From an uncultured Christensenella sp. (GTDB taxonomy: Bacteria; Bacillota; Clostridia; Christensenellales; UBA1242), in assembly GCA_949287685.1 (NCBI GenBank), contig CASEHF010000002.1:1-63684 (forward strand): a stretch of DNA of 63,684 nucleotides, in the 5' to 3' direction. The translations under genes were made by a program, and so were the position numbers. Positions 29,103 to 37,991 of this stretch are shown in pieces (within the stretch, counting starts at the first letter, position 1; the number at the start of each line of letters is the position of its first letter). The notes below the pieces were generated by a model. It was not told where the DNA came from. It did no database searches and worked only from the letters and a program-made list of their open reading frames with translations.

Positions 29103-30152
29103 TTAGCGCATTAGTTTAGTAATTTCATTTTCTCGACCCATTTGAGCGCCATACTCGTGATACTTTTTGATTTCCGACTGAGATAAGCGCGAATAGATTG
29201 GACTCAAATCGAGGTCCGAATACTGGTCATAATGAATCGCAAAAGCGTACATTGAGCGCTCACTGTCCGCATTTGCTAAAGCTTCAATGCATCCTTGCAA
29301 GTTTGCCACCTCTTTAGACTTAGTAGCACTCTCCTCCCTACCGCCAAAGAGCCCCGCAAATTGGCGAATTGCGATACCGCTAGCACTCTTTAAAATCACA
29401 TCCTCGTGCTTACGGAAATTAATGTTTGGGTACTTTGCCAAAAACATAAGGTTGTAGTCACCATTTTTAGAGTTTAGGACTTGTTGCTCTAATGTATCAA
29501 AATACGCATTCATCGGCACATACTCGGGGCGCTTTAGCAAAAACCAAATACTCTCATGCGGTTCGTTTGCCTCGACAAAAATAGTGGCTTGGCGCTCCCA
29601 AATAATAGCCTTCTGCTCCTTTGAAATCGACAAAGTGCTTACTCTACTCAAAAACTTACGCGCAAGAGCCGCATCACCAACTCGTTCAATTATAAAATCC
29701 AACTCCTCGACATCACTTAACGCGGATACGGTATCTATTTTTGCATCGATATATTTTTTATATGTTCTTAAATCGCTAGGATTGTTTAAAACCTCGAGAT
29801 TTTTATCAAAAAAGTTTTTATTTAACTTAAAGCACATTAAATTTGCCTCGATGTCGCCACTTTTAAAAATCTTGTCACCGAGAAGTTTTACTATTTCGCG
29901 ACATTCATCATTTGCATAAACGCCCTTTAATACCCTACTCAATACTCCAACCATAGCCTGAGGGGTCCCCACCTCAGCGACTCGCTTTGCTACACGCTCG
30001 TTATCTCTAAAAGCAAAAGTATACTCCATCCACCCCTCTCGAGCGAGAGTGTCTAATAACTCCTCAAAATGCTCCGAATAACCGTACTTTGCATACTCCT
30101 CGCGAGCGGCTAAGTAAAGTGAATTTAAGGTAATGTCTTTAGTGTTTGTCAT
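29103..30152 (-). CDS. Hypothetical 349-aa all-alpha-looking protein
   Basis: The start is set at MTNTKDITL (GGAGA RBS). No domain recognised. It is divergent from the TetR operon. Confidence 0.55.
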   Translation of the reverse strand: MTNTKDITLNSLYLAAREEYAKYGYSEHFEELLDTLAREGWMEYTFAFRDNERVAKRVAEVGTPQAMVGVLSRVLKGVYANDECREIVKLLGDKIFKSGDIEANLMCFKLNKNFFDKNLEVLNNPSDLRTYKKYIDAKIDTVSALSDVEELDFIIERVGDAALARKFLSRVSTLSISKEQKAIIWERQATIFVEANEPHESIWFLLKRPEYVPMNAYFDTLEQQVLNSKNGDYNLMFLAKYPNINFRKHEDVILKSASGIAIRQFAGLFGGREESATKSKEVANLQGCIEALANADSERSMYAFAIHYDQYSDLDLSPIYSRLSQSEIKKYHEYGAQMGRENEITKLMR

Positions 30153-30246
30153 AGTATATCTCCATTTGTGTTTTATTGTGGTTATTGTATCACGAGACCA
30201 TAAAAAAGTCAACAATAAAAAGTAACAAATAGTCGCACGCTTTTAC

Positions 30247-30302
30247 TAGACAAGTGTTCAATTTTAAGATATAATTGTAGTGTATTTTAGCGTTAATACA
30301 CT
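30247..30302 (+). promoter_or_regulatory. Candidate promoter (TAGACA-17-TATAAT) plus an 8-8-8 palindromic operator for the TetR operon
   Basis: TAGACA at 30247-30252 and TATAAT at 30270-30275. A perfect inverted repeat, AGTGTATT (30279-30286) and AATACACT (30295-30302), lies between the -10 box and the RBS. Confidence 0.5.
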
Positions 30303-30313
30303 TAGGAGGAAAT

Positions 30314-30937
30314 ATGCCAACAACACACTTTGAAAAACTAAAAACTGACAGAAAAAACTCGATTATAAAAGCAGCGACTAGAGAATTTGCGACTAGAGAT
30401 TATTCAGAGGTGTCTGTGCGTGATATTGCAGACCGTGCAGATATTTCCAGAGGGTCATTTTATCTATATTTTAATGACAAAGAGGACTGTTATCTAACAG
30501 TCATCAACACTTACAAAGACCACCTTGAGCAAGATTTAATGAATATTTATAAAAAGGCTGTTGATGTACAATCGGTCGTACTAGATATTTTTGATTATTT
30601 CACGCACTTAAGCTCTTTTGAGCGGGGTCTATTCGAAAAGATTAGCAATAATATGTCCTGCGAAGTCCAGGAATTGATTTTAAATGCTTTTGATAAATTT
30701 GGCACCAACCTAACCAAGCACCTTGAGGAATGTCTGGCTAGCCAAGGTATCGAAATTACGGAGGAATTGCGCGAGCAAATCAATCTGCGCCGTGAAATAC
30801 TATTTAGCCTATTACTCAGTGCATTGATTGAAATGAGCCTCGGGCGAATCACGCTAACCGAGGTACGCGAGGCACTCATTAAGAAGGTCGACCTCGTAAT
30901 GAATGGAATTATGAACAACCTACCCAAAAGTTATTAG
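30314..30937 (+). CDS. TetR/AcrR-family transcriptional regulator
   Basis: The N-terminal HTH is FATRDYSEVSVRDIADRADISRGSFYLYFNDKEDCY. AGGAGG RBS. Confidence 0.85.
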   Translation: MPTTHFEKLKTDRKNSIIKAATREFATRDYSEVSVRDIADRADISRGSFYLYFNDKEDCYLTVINTYKDHLEQDLMNIYKKAVDVQSVVLDIFDYFTHLSSFERGLFEKISNNMSCEVQELILNAFDKFGTNLTKHLEECLASQGIEITEELREQINLRREILFSLLLSALIEMSLGRITLTEVREALIKKVDLVMNGIMNNLPKSY

Positions 30938-30945
30938 GAGGAAAA

Positions 30946-32016
30946 ATGAAGTTAATCCACTGTAGCGACATTCATTTGGGCGCAAGTATGCGCACGCACC
31001 TAAGCGTTGACAAGGCACGCAAGCGCCAAGAGGAATTGCTCGCCACCTTTTCCCGAATGGTAAGTTATGCAGTCACCGAAGGCGTGGCTGGTATTATTAT
31101 TGCTGGTGATTTACTGGACACGGTTGAATGCGACATAAAGACTCGAAATTTTTTACTTGACACTATTCGCGAGTCCAAAATTGATGTCTACTATCTCTGC
31201 GGCAATCACGATGAAAACAATATGCTTCTCTCAGGAGAACTGCCCGAAAACCTACATATTTTCGGCACAAAATGGACTAAATTCAATTTAGGCGAGGTCG
31301 TAATAACTGGCGCCACCTTAGGCACTGATAATGAGGTTTTATATCGTAGTCTCAACCTTTCACCAAACGACTTTAATATCGTAGTACTGCACGGGCTAGA
31401 CAAGTACGGAAGTAATGTAAACGAGCCTGATACCGTAAACCTCGATATGATAAAAAACAAAAACATCGACTACCTAGCGCTTGGACACATTCACTCGTAC
31501 CGCGAGGGCAAACTCGACTATCGCGCCACCTACTGCTACAGTGGTTGTCTCGAGGGGCGCGGTTTTGATGAATGTGGCGAAAAGGGCTTTGTGCTGCTCG
31601 ATATTAATAACGGCAAAATGACACGGAAATTTGTGCCGTTTGCTAGGCGAATGCTTTACGAAATTCCTGTCAATATAACGGGGTTAAGTACTACTCGAGA
31701 AATCATAAACAAAATATCCACGACACTCGATATTTCTCCAGAGTCGCTCGTGCGAATCGTACTAACTGGCGAATATACGGTCAACACAGAAAAATCGTTA
31801 TCTTTGATTGAGTCCTCGTTTGACACGCGGTATTTTTACTTCCAAGTGCGCGACTCGAGCCGACTACATATCGATTTTAGCGACTATAAAAATGATATAT
31901 CAATCGCTGGCGAATTTGTGCGTATGGTGGAGGAAAGCGATTTGAGCACAGCCGAAAAAGAGCGAGTAATCAATCTAGGACTCAATGCTCTCGCTGGGCG
32001 GGAGGTGGATGTATGA
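30946..32016 (+). CDS. Calcineurin-like metallophosphoesterase, Mre11/SbcD-like (YhaO-like)
   Basis: Motifs are HCSDIHLG, GDLLD, GNHD, H (VLHG) and GHIH. It is translationally coupled to the downstream ATPase (ATGA overlap). Confidence 0.8.
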   Translation: MKLIHCSDIHLGASMRTHLSVDKARKRQEELLATFSRMVSYAVTEGVAGIIIAGDLLDTVECDIKTRNFLLDTIRESKIDVYYLCGNHDENNMLLSGELPENLHIFGTKWTKFNLGEVVITGATLGTDNEVLYRSLNLSPNDFNIVVLHGLDKYGSNVNEPDTVNLDMIKNKNIDYLALGHIHSYREGKLDYRATYCYSGCLEGRGFDECGEKGFVLLDINNGKMTRKFVPFARRMLYEIPVNITGLSTTREIINKISTTLDISPESLVRIVLTGEYTVNTEKSLSLIESSFDTRYFYFQVRDSSRLHIDFSDYKNDISIAGEFVRMVEESDLSTAEKERVINLGLNALAGREVDV

Positions 32017-34301
32017 AGTTACTGCGTTGTTACATCGAAAACTACGGAAAACTGCAGCACTTCGAATACGAGTTTAACGACCACCTAAATATAATTTTAG
32101 AGGAAAATGGCTGGGGTAAATCGACATTCGCTAGTTTTATAAAGGCAATGTTATTCGGGCTCCCTAGCACCAAGCGAACAAACCTAGATGAGAACGAGCG
32201 CGCAAAATACACTCCGTGGCAATCGGGCGCCTTTGGAGGTTGGCTGGAGTTCGAAATAAAGAACAAAACTTACCGAATCGAGCGCTTTTTTGGGGACAAG
32301 CAATCAAAGGACAAGGTCACGATATACGACACCACAAAAAATACGCGCATCGATGAGCCGGACTTCGTGCAAAAGAAATTAGGTATCAATGCAGACACCT
32401 TTATGCGCAGCACTTTTATTCAACGCGGCGCAGCAGAAATAGCAGACACGGAGAGCATTCGCGAACGCTTGGGCAAACTAATCGAAAACAACGATTTTGA
32501 CAGCATTTCGAGTATCGATGAAAAGTTAAAAGAACGGCAAACCGAAATCGAGCATTTGCGCGGAAATGGCGGAAAACTAAACGAGTTAAAGCGCGAACTC
32601 GAAGTCACCCTAAATGACATTGAGGAGTGCAAAACCGCGAGCGCTCGTGCCAGCGCCTTGAATACTGAGTGCGCCGAAAATTTGGCAAAAATTGAAGTCT
32701 TAAACCAAAATATTGCCACTGCGCGAAAAGAACTACAGGCATACAACGATTTGCAGGTCCAAAATGAAAAAATCAAGCGCTATAATAGCCTAAAGGCGGA
32801 GTTAGACAAACTCACCGCGAGTCGTGATGAGTTACTGGCATTTTTAAAGAACAACCCGCCAAGCGCAACTACTATGGAGCGAGTACTCGAAATGCAAACG
32901 AGCATCAACTCATTTCAAAGCAAAATCGATGAGATTGACTCAAATTCCCTTTCGCAAAATATTCGCACTCTCGAAAAATACTTTGAGAATGGCGTGCCTA
33001 CACAAGAGGAAATGGAAAAAATCCATAGCATATCAAACTCGCTAGACACTCTACAAAACAACCTTCGTTTTTCGCAAAATGTATACGAGCAAACTGCACC
33101 AAATAAAAATTTAAAATACTTCGGTTTTGGCGCATTTTTCGTAGCGGCAATTATGCTAATTGTAGCATTTGCGGCGTTTTTATCCAGCACTCCCCTATTA
33201 ATCACTTTTATTGTATTAGGTGTTGTTTTTGTAGGATTAGGTGCATTTTTAGTCATTAAACCCACTAAAAAAGATAACATACCCGCAAAAATCACCGCAA
33301 GCACTAATATCGAAAAATCAAAAGTAGAGTACGAGCAGAACAAAAACATTGTGAATAATTTTTTACAAAAATACCACGAGAATACACTCAATTATCGCGA
33401 GGCTATCTTTAATATTGAGACCAATCGCCGCAGGCTCCTAGAGTACCGCACGGAGTTAAAAAACTCAAGCAGCCGAAGGCAAGAAATGGAACGCCGAATT
33501 GAGGAATATCGTGCAAAATTAAATGAATTTTATCTACAATACTTCCCAAATGTGAATAACTATTCGAACTGCTATCAGGAGTTGCAGGCGCGCCTTGGGC
33601 AATTGAAAAACATAAACTCTTATCACGAGCAAAAGGAACGCGAGGTAAAAGACTTCGGGGCGGAAATCGACTTTAACAACAGCATAAACTCGAGCGGAGA
33701 TGTCGCGAGTCTACAGCAAAAAATTAGCGATTTTGAGCGCCAAAAAGATGAAATAATTAACTCAAATAACGCGCTAAATTCCCAACTTATTTCCACCTCC
33801 GCGCGCGCTAGTGATTTAGGTAGATTACTGGCAACTGCAGAGGACTTGCGCGAAAATATTACGACTCTCGATGAGCAACTAAACATTATAAAATTAACTA
33901 GACAATACCTCAACTCGGCAAAGGAAAATTTGACCAGTAGATACCTCACTCCCCTAGCAGATGCTTTCCGCGAGTACTCGCAACAACTGGTCGGTGATTA
34001 CTTCGATAAAATCAGTATAGACACCTCGCTAAATGTACTGGTCGAGCAGGGCGGTTCCAAAAAGGACAGTAAGTTCTACAGCAGCGGCGGGCGCGATGTG
34101 ATTGAGTTGTGTATGAGATTAGCGCTTGCAAAGACCTTGTTTAATGGCGAAATGCCACCTATCATTATGGATGACCCATTCAATAATCTCGATGACACCA
34201 AAACCCAACGCGCGCTCGATATGCTAGACAAAATTGCAGACAAATTTCAAGTTATTTATCTCGTTTGCCACTCTAGCCGCGCTGAAAAGAAAAATAAATA
34301 A
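32013..34301 (+). CDS. Rad50/SbcC-like AAA ATPase (YhaN-like) with a long coiled coil interrupted by two TM helices
   Basis: Walker A is ENGWGKST. The signature is YSSGGRD. Walker B is PPIIMDDPFNNLDD. The central hydrophobic hairpin GAFFVAAIMLIVAFAAFL ... LLITFIVLGVVFVGLGAFLVI is coded at about 33115-33265. Confidence 0.8.
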   Translation: MKLLRCYIENYGKLQHFEYEFNDHLNIILEENGWGKSTFASFIKAMLFGLPSTKRTNLDENERAKYTPWQSGAFGGWLEFEIKNKTYRIERFFGDKQSKDKVTIYDTTKNTRIDEPDFVQKKLGINADTFMRSTFIQRGAAEIADTESIRERLGKLIENNDFDSISSIDEKLKERQTEIEHLRGNGGKLNELKRELEVTLNDIEECKTASARASALNTECAENLAKIEVLNQNIATARKELQAYNDLQVQNEKIKRYNSLKAELDKLTASRDELLAFLKNNPPSATTMERVLEMQTSINSFQSKIDEIDSNSLSQNIRTLEKYFENGVPTQEEMEKIHSISNSLDTLQNNLRFSQNVYEQTAPNKNLKYFGFGAFFVAAIMLIVAFAAFLSSTPLLITFIVLGVVFVGLGAFLVIKPTKKDNIPAKITASTNIEKSKVEYEQNKNIVNNFLQKYHENTLNYREAIFNIETNRRRLLEYRTELKNSSSRRQEMERRIEEYRAKLNEFYLQYFPNVNNYSNCYQELQARLGQLKNINSYHEQKEREVKDFGAEIDFNNSINSSGDVASLQQKISDFERQKDEIINSNNALNSQLISTSARASDLGRLLATAEDLRENITTLDEQLNIIKLTRQYLNSAKENLTSRYLTPLADAFREYSQQLVGDYFDKISIDTSLNVLVEQGGSKKDSKFYSSGGRDVIELCMRLALAKTLFNGEMPPIIMDDPFNNLDDTKTQRALDMLDKIADKFQVIYLVCHSSRAEKKNK

Positions 34302-34357
34302 AAAGTGCATTTTTTATAAAAAAGTGCACTTTTTTGCGTTTTTTTAGCAAAATTTCG

Positions 34358-35323
34358 TTATTTTTTGCGATTTTTGCGCTTTGGAATACCAATTAAGACT
34401 ATTTCTGTAGGATACACACAACCGACATAATTGCGCAAATAATATCGATAGTCTGGGTTAAAGGATTCAATCAATTTGGGCAATTCCCACAGGTGTTCAT
34501 TACGATGATATACCGAAATTAATAGTATCGGCTGGTCAGTCTCAATGTGCCGCCTAGCACCCTTTAGTGCGACATACTCATCGCCCTCTATGTCCATTTT
34601 TATAATATTCAAAGGCTCCAAAATATCCTCATCAAGAGTCACACGCTCCACACCGCTATCAACATTACTAATTGTGCGATTGGAGGAGATATCGGTGACA
34701 TTTTGATTAATTTGGACAAATCCAGTCGCATCACCGACCGCCTTTAGCCTGCAATCAATTCGCGGATAAGGCGAAAGATTGCTCTCGAGTTTGTAAAAAA
34801 TCGGCTCCGTAATCTCATAACAATAGATTTTTTTGTAATTTACGCCGTAGGTCGCGATAAAATCGAGCGCAGTGTCCCCTACATACGCACCCAAATCAGC
34901 TAGCACAGCCCCCTTAGCGCCAGGAATTAGGTCAAGGTCAAAATAATGGCGAAAACGAGTGTCGACAGTACGCTTTAAGGTGTCGGTGTCACAGTTTACC
35001 CAATTGTTTAAAATCGCATACAATAGGGATTTTGATGTATAATCACTCAGCCTCTTATAAAACCATACGATAGCATCTAGCCCTGCCAAAATATCGCGCG
35101 CCTTAAGTTCGAAATACTCATAATTGTCGCACTCGAGATTGATGCGCCCCCAGTAGTCAAACCGCTCGAAGTACGCTTGCATATTCTGCTGATACCACAA
35201 TGGAGATGCTCGAAATTTGTATAAAATATATCCCTTTAATTCCTCTTCACTAAGCCTAGATAAAAAGTCTACTAGGCTAAAAAATTTCCTATCAATTTCA
35301 TTCATAGAAGTAGTATATTCCAC
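34358..35323 (-). CDS. FkbM-family SAM-dependent methyltransferase (start uncertain)
   Basis: ADLGAYVGDTALDF motif I-like segment and IIKMDIEGDEYVALKGA, which is typical of FkbM. Confidence 0.65.
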   Translation of the reverse strand: MEYTTSMNEIDRKFFSLVDFLSRLSEEELKGYILYKFRASPLWYQQNMQAYFERFDYWGRINLECDNYEYFELKARDILAGLDAIVWFYKRLSDYTSKSLLYAILNNWVNCDTDTLKRTVDTRFRHYFDLDLIPGAKGAVLADLGAYVGDTALDFIATYGVNYKKIYCYEITEPIFYKLESNLSPYPRIDCRLKAVGDATGFVQINQNVTDISSNRTISNVDSGVERVTLDEDILEPLNIIKMDIEGDEYVALKGARRHIETDQPILLISVYHRNEHLWELPKLIESFNPDYRYYLRNYVGCVYPTEIVLIGIPKRKNRKK

Positions 35324-35467
35324 TATCTATTCGTGTGACACAAAATAAAAACTCGGCCTTGAAAACTAAACAAAAAAATCGCAAAAACAGCGAAAAAGTT
35401 TAAAAATTTGCGATTTTTTATGATTTTTTTGTGATTTTAGAGATGTTTTATTAAAAATCAAATTAGT

Positions 35468-36103
35468 CTAACGATGACTTTCATAATATTTTTCCCGCTC
35501 TTTTTCACAATAATCTTTGTAATATTTTTCTATTTTCGAGAAATTTGCAGCCCTTTCTCGCTGCTGTTTTTTATTGCCACTATTCTTGTAGCTTAACATA
35601 TATATTCGATGATAAATTTTGAGCAAGTCTGCGCGTTTTGGATAAGTCTCATAGAACTCTAGCAAAATATTTGTATTGCTGCTTTTTAATATACTGTCTT
35701 GAATTTTATCAAAATCAGCGCGGTATGGCTCAGCCAAAGCAATTTTATCCTTATCGGAGCAGAGTTGTAAAATATAATTTTGCAACTTTTCAAACTGCTC
35801 ATCACTTAAAAATCTGCTGTTTTTCTTTAACGCACGCACCAAAACATCACTAGCGACCATTGATAAAGCATCTGTATACCCAGCAGCTTCGCCCAGTTTA
35901 CCCTCTAACAACAAGTTACCCAGTCTCAAAGCCACATCGCGGTAATCTTTTGTATGATAAAACTGATTTTCACCAGCATTTTCATCCCAAACTTGTTTGT
36001 AAGCAGTGATAGTTTTAAAAATCTCCAAACATTCACCTTTTGAAAATGCTTCTAGTACTTTTGCAAGCGCCATATTATATTTTGCTTCATACTCTGCAGT
36101 CAT
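35468..36103 (-). CDS. Hypothetical 211-aa protein
   Basis: The start is set at MTAEYEAKY (GGAGGGA RBS). No domain recognised. Confidence 0.5.
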   Translation of the reverse strand: MTAEYEAKYNMALAKVLEAFSKGECLEIFKTITAYKQVWDENAGENQFYHTKDYRDVALRLGNLLLEGKLGEAAGYTDALSMVASDVLVRALKKNSRFLSDEQFEKLQNYILQLCSDKDKIALAEPYRADFDKIQDSILKSSNTNILLEFYETYPKRADLLKIYHRIYMLSYKNSGNKKQQRERAANFSKIEKYYKDYCEKEREKYYESHR

Positions 36104-36343
36104 ACTCCCTCCAACGACATATTTTAGGTAGTAAGTATAGCCCCAATCATAGAAAAAGTCAATAATGTACACATAATAGTTTTTATTTTTAATAGTTTTA
36201 TGGTATAATCTTATATAATTTTTTTTGAGTGTCAATAATAAAATTTAAACAGACAATCAAAAAAACATAAAAACACGAAAAATCATTAAAAAATCGCGAA
36301 AAATTGCAAAAAAATCACTTTAAAATAATATTAGGAGAACAAT

Positions 36344-36778
36344 ATGAGCACAATAAACTTTTTACAGGATTATCGCCTTTACGACTTTTTTACCAACAGC
36401 AATCGCATCACTCTATATAAAAATGGTAAGAGCAAAACCTTTGAAAAAGACTCGCAAGAATACACAGAAATACTCGATGCCTTTCTCGAGATGATACGCG
36501 ACTCAAACGAAATGCCAGCATTCGGGGTCAGCTTGCATGACTTAACTCTAAAAGCTATGCAAGCGGGCGTATGGATAAAATTTCAATTTCCAGAGCAAAT
36601 GGAACACAGTGAAATGCCATTTAACGGATTGCTCGTTCAAGTCGATTCAACTTTTCAGGGGTTTAATATCATTCGTGAAGTTGATGGACAGTACTCAGGG
36701 CGCTGCTACTACCTCGACCTAAATGGTGGTACTATGGATGGGTTAAGCAACGCCTGTGAAAAAATTAAAATTGATTAA
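36344..36778 (+). CDS. Hypothetical 144-aa protein
   Basis: AGGAGA RBS. No domain recognised. Confidence 0.5.
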   Translation: MSTINFLQDYRLYDFFTNSNRITLYKNGKSKTFEKDSQEYTEILDAFLEMIRDSNEMPAFGVSLHDLTLKAMQAGVWIKFQFPEQMEHSEMPFNGLLVQVDSTFQGFNIIREVDGQYSGRCYYLDLNGGTMDGLSNACEKIKID

Positions 36779-36792
36779 AATTAAATTAAAAA

Positions 36793-36856
36793 GTGCATAA
36801 TACTGCTAAATTTTGCGTTTTTTACACAAATTATAGGTACTATGCACTTATTTTTT
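36793..36856 (+). terminator. Family-2 hairpin acting as a likely terminator (GTGCATAATAC ... GTACTATGCAC + T-run)
   Basis: The arms lie at 36793-36803 and 36837-36847, are 10/11 complementary and are followed by TTATTTTTT. The hairpin starts 15 nt after the stop at 36778. Confidence 0.5.
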
Positions 36857-36933
36857 ATGTTTTGGTATGCAACTTAGGTATTAATAAATTTATTTTAAAT
36901 ATTTAAATTTTTGTTTATAAAGGATGGAATTTT

Positions 36934-37574
36934 AAGCGGAATAGAGTCGTACGAAGGCAGTGCAAAGCCACACTCCCGATAGATAGATATAATACGACCA
37001 CTCACTTTAAATACTTGTCTACGATAGATTGGGGATTTTTTAAAGAGGAATAGATCCTTCGTCTAAAGGCTTCGCGGGTCGACACTCAGGATGCCTTCCC
37101 GCTCGCGGGAAGTCTGGCGCAAGAACGGCTACTTCAATGAGAACCGTATACTCACGCGCCAGCCCATCTGCCACTTATTTTTTAGTCGTAACCCAAGAAT
37201 TTTTCAGCGGAATAGATCCTTCGTCTGAAGGCGCTGCGGGTCGAGGCTCAGGATGCCTTCCCGCTTGCGGGAAGTCTGGCGCGTAAATGACCACTACAAT
37301 GAGAAATGTATACTCTCGCGCCAGCCCAGTACTCTCTGCCACTTAAAGAGGAATAGATCCTTCGTCAAAGGGCTTGCGTAGGTCGAGGCTCAGGATGACC
37401 CTAAATTATAGCGGCGTGCTTAAACACCTCACTTTCCCCACTTATACAGTATATTAAGTATATATATCCAACACCTAGTACCCTTTAATATAGGGAGTGC
37501 GCCTTCGCACTGCGCCTACGCACTGAGATCGAGGCTCAGGGCACCTTTCCACTCGTAGGAAGGCATCCTGAGCC
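36934..37574 (+). repeat. Family-1 mosaic repeat, locus D (left module, two full M units, one short unit, right module, terminal hairpin)
   Basis: Anchors lie at 36934, 37043, 37205 and 37346. The inverted termini GTGCAAAGCCACACTCCCGATA (36960-36981) and TATAGGGAGTGCGCCTTCGCAC (37489-37510) match at 18/22. The terminal GGCTCAGG...CCTGAGCC hairpin ends 5 nt from the stop of the next gene. Confidence 0.9.
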
Positions 37575-37578
37575 TTTC

Positions 37579-37983
37579 TTACCTGTTTTTAGCCTCGGCA
37601 TTTAAAAACTGGGCAATACCCTCCAAACTCGTAAAAACCCGCCCACCATTCTCTAAAATCATATTACTAATTGCTTGCATACTGCCGAGATTATGAGAAT
37701 TAAAGCGCATCTCCCCAAAACTCTCAAGATAGCAGAATAGCAATTTTTCAGGGTGCTTATTACTCATATCAACAGCCCGAGCAACTGACAAAAAGCCCTG
37801 TGTTTCAGGCGTTAGCACATACAATATGTAATCGGCTTGACTTTTAATTTCTGAATTGTCAGAAAAATTGTATTCTCTAATTGTTTCGACTGGATTATAA
37901 ACCGAAATTTCAGGCAGCAAATATGCGGTTAACTTCTCGCGCCAAACGCTCCCGCTACAGGTTCCCCCTAAATAAACCAACAT
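37579..37983 (-). CDS. Nucleoside 2-deoxyribosyltransferase-like (Nuc_deoxyri_tr2-type) small protein
   Basis: The VYLGGTCSGSVWREKL....L....VYNPV N-terminal pattern is typical of the family. The AGGAGGG RBS overlaps the recO stop. Confidence 0.45.
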   Translation of the reverse strand: MLVYLGGTCSGSVWREKLTAYLLPEISVYNPVETIREYNFSDNSEIKSQADYILYVLTPETQGFLSVARAVDMSNKHPEKLLFCYLESFGEMRFNSHNLGSMQAISNMILENGGRVFTSLEGIAQFLNAEAKNR

Positions 37984-37991
37984 ACACCCTC

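Noticed and set aside
37043-37204. A self-cleaving ribozyme (hammerhead, twister or similar) within the M unit
   Set aside because: GUC and CUCAGGAUG-like strings are present, but I could not assemble a CUGAUGA...GAAA hammerhead core or any other known ribozyme core with correct helices. This was only checked by eye.
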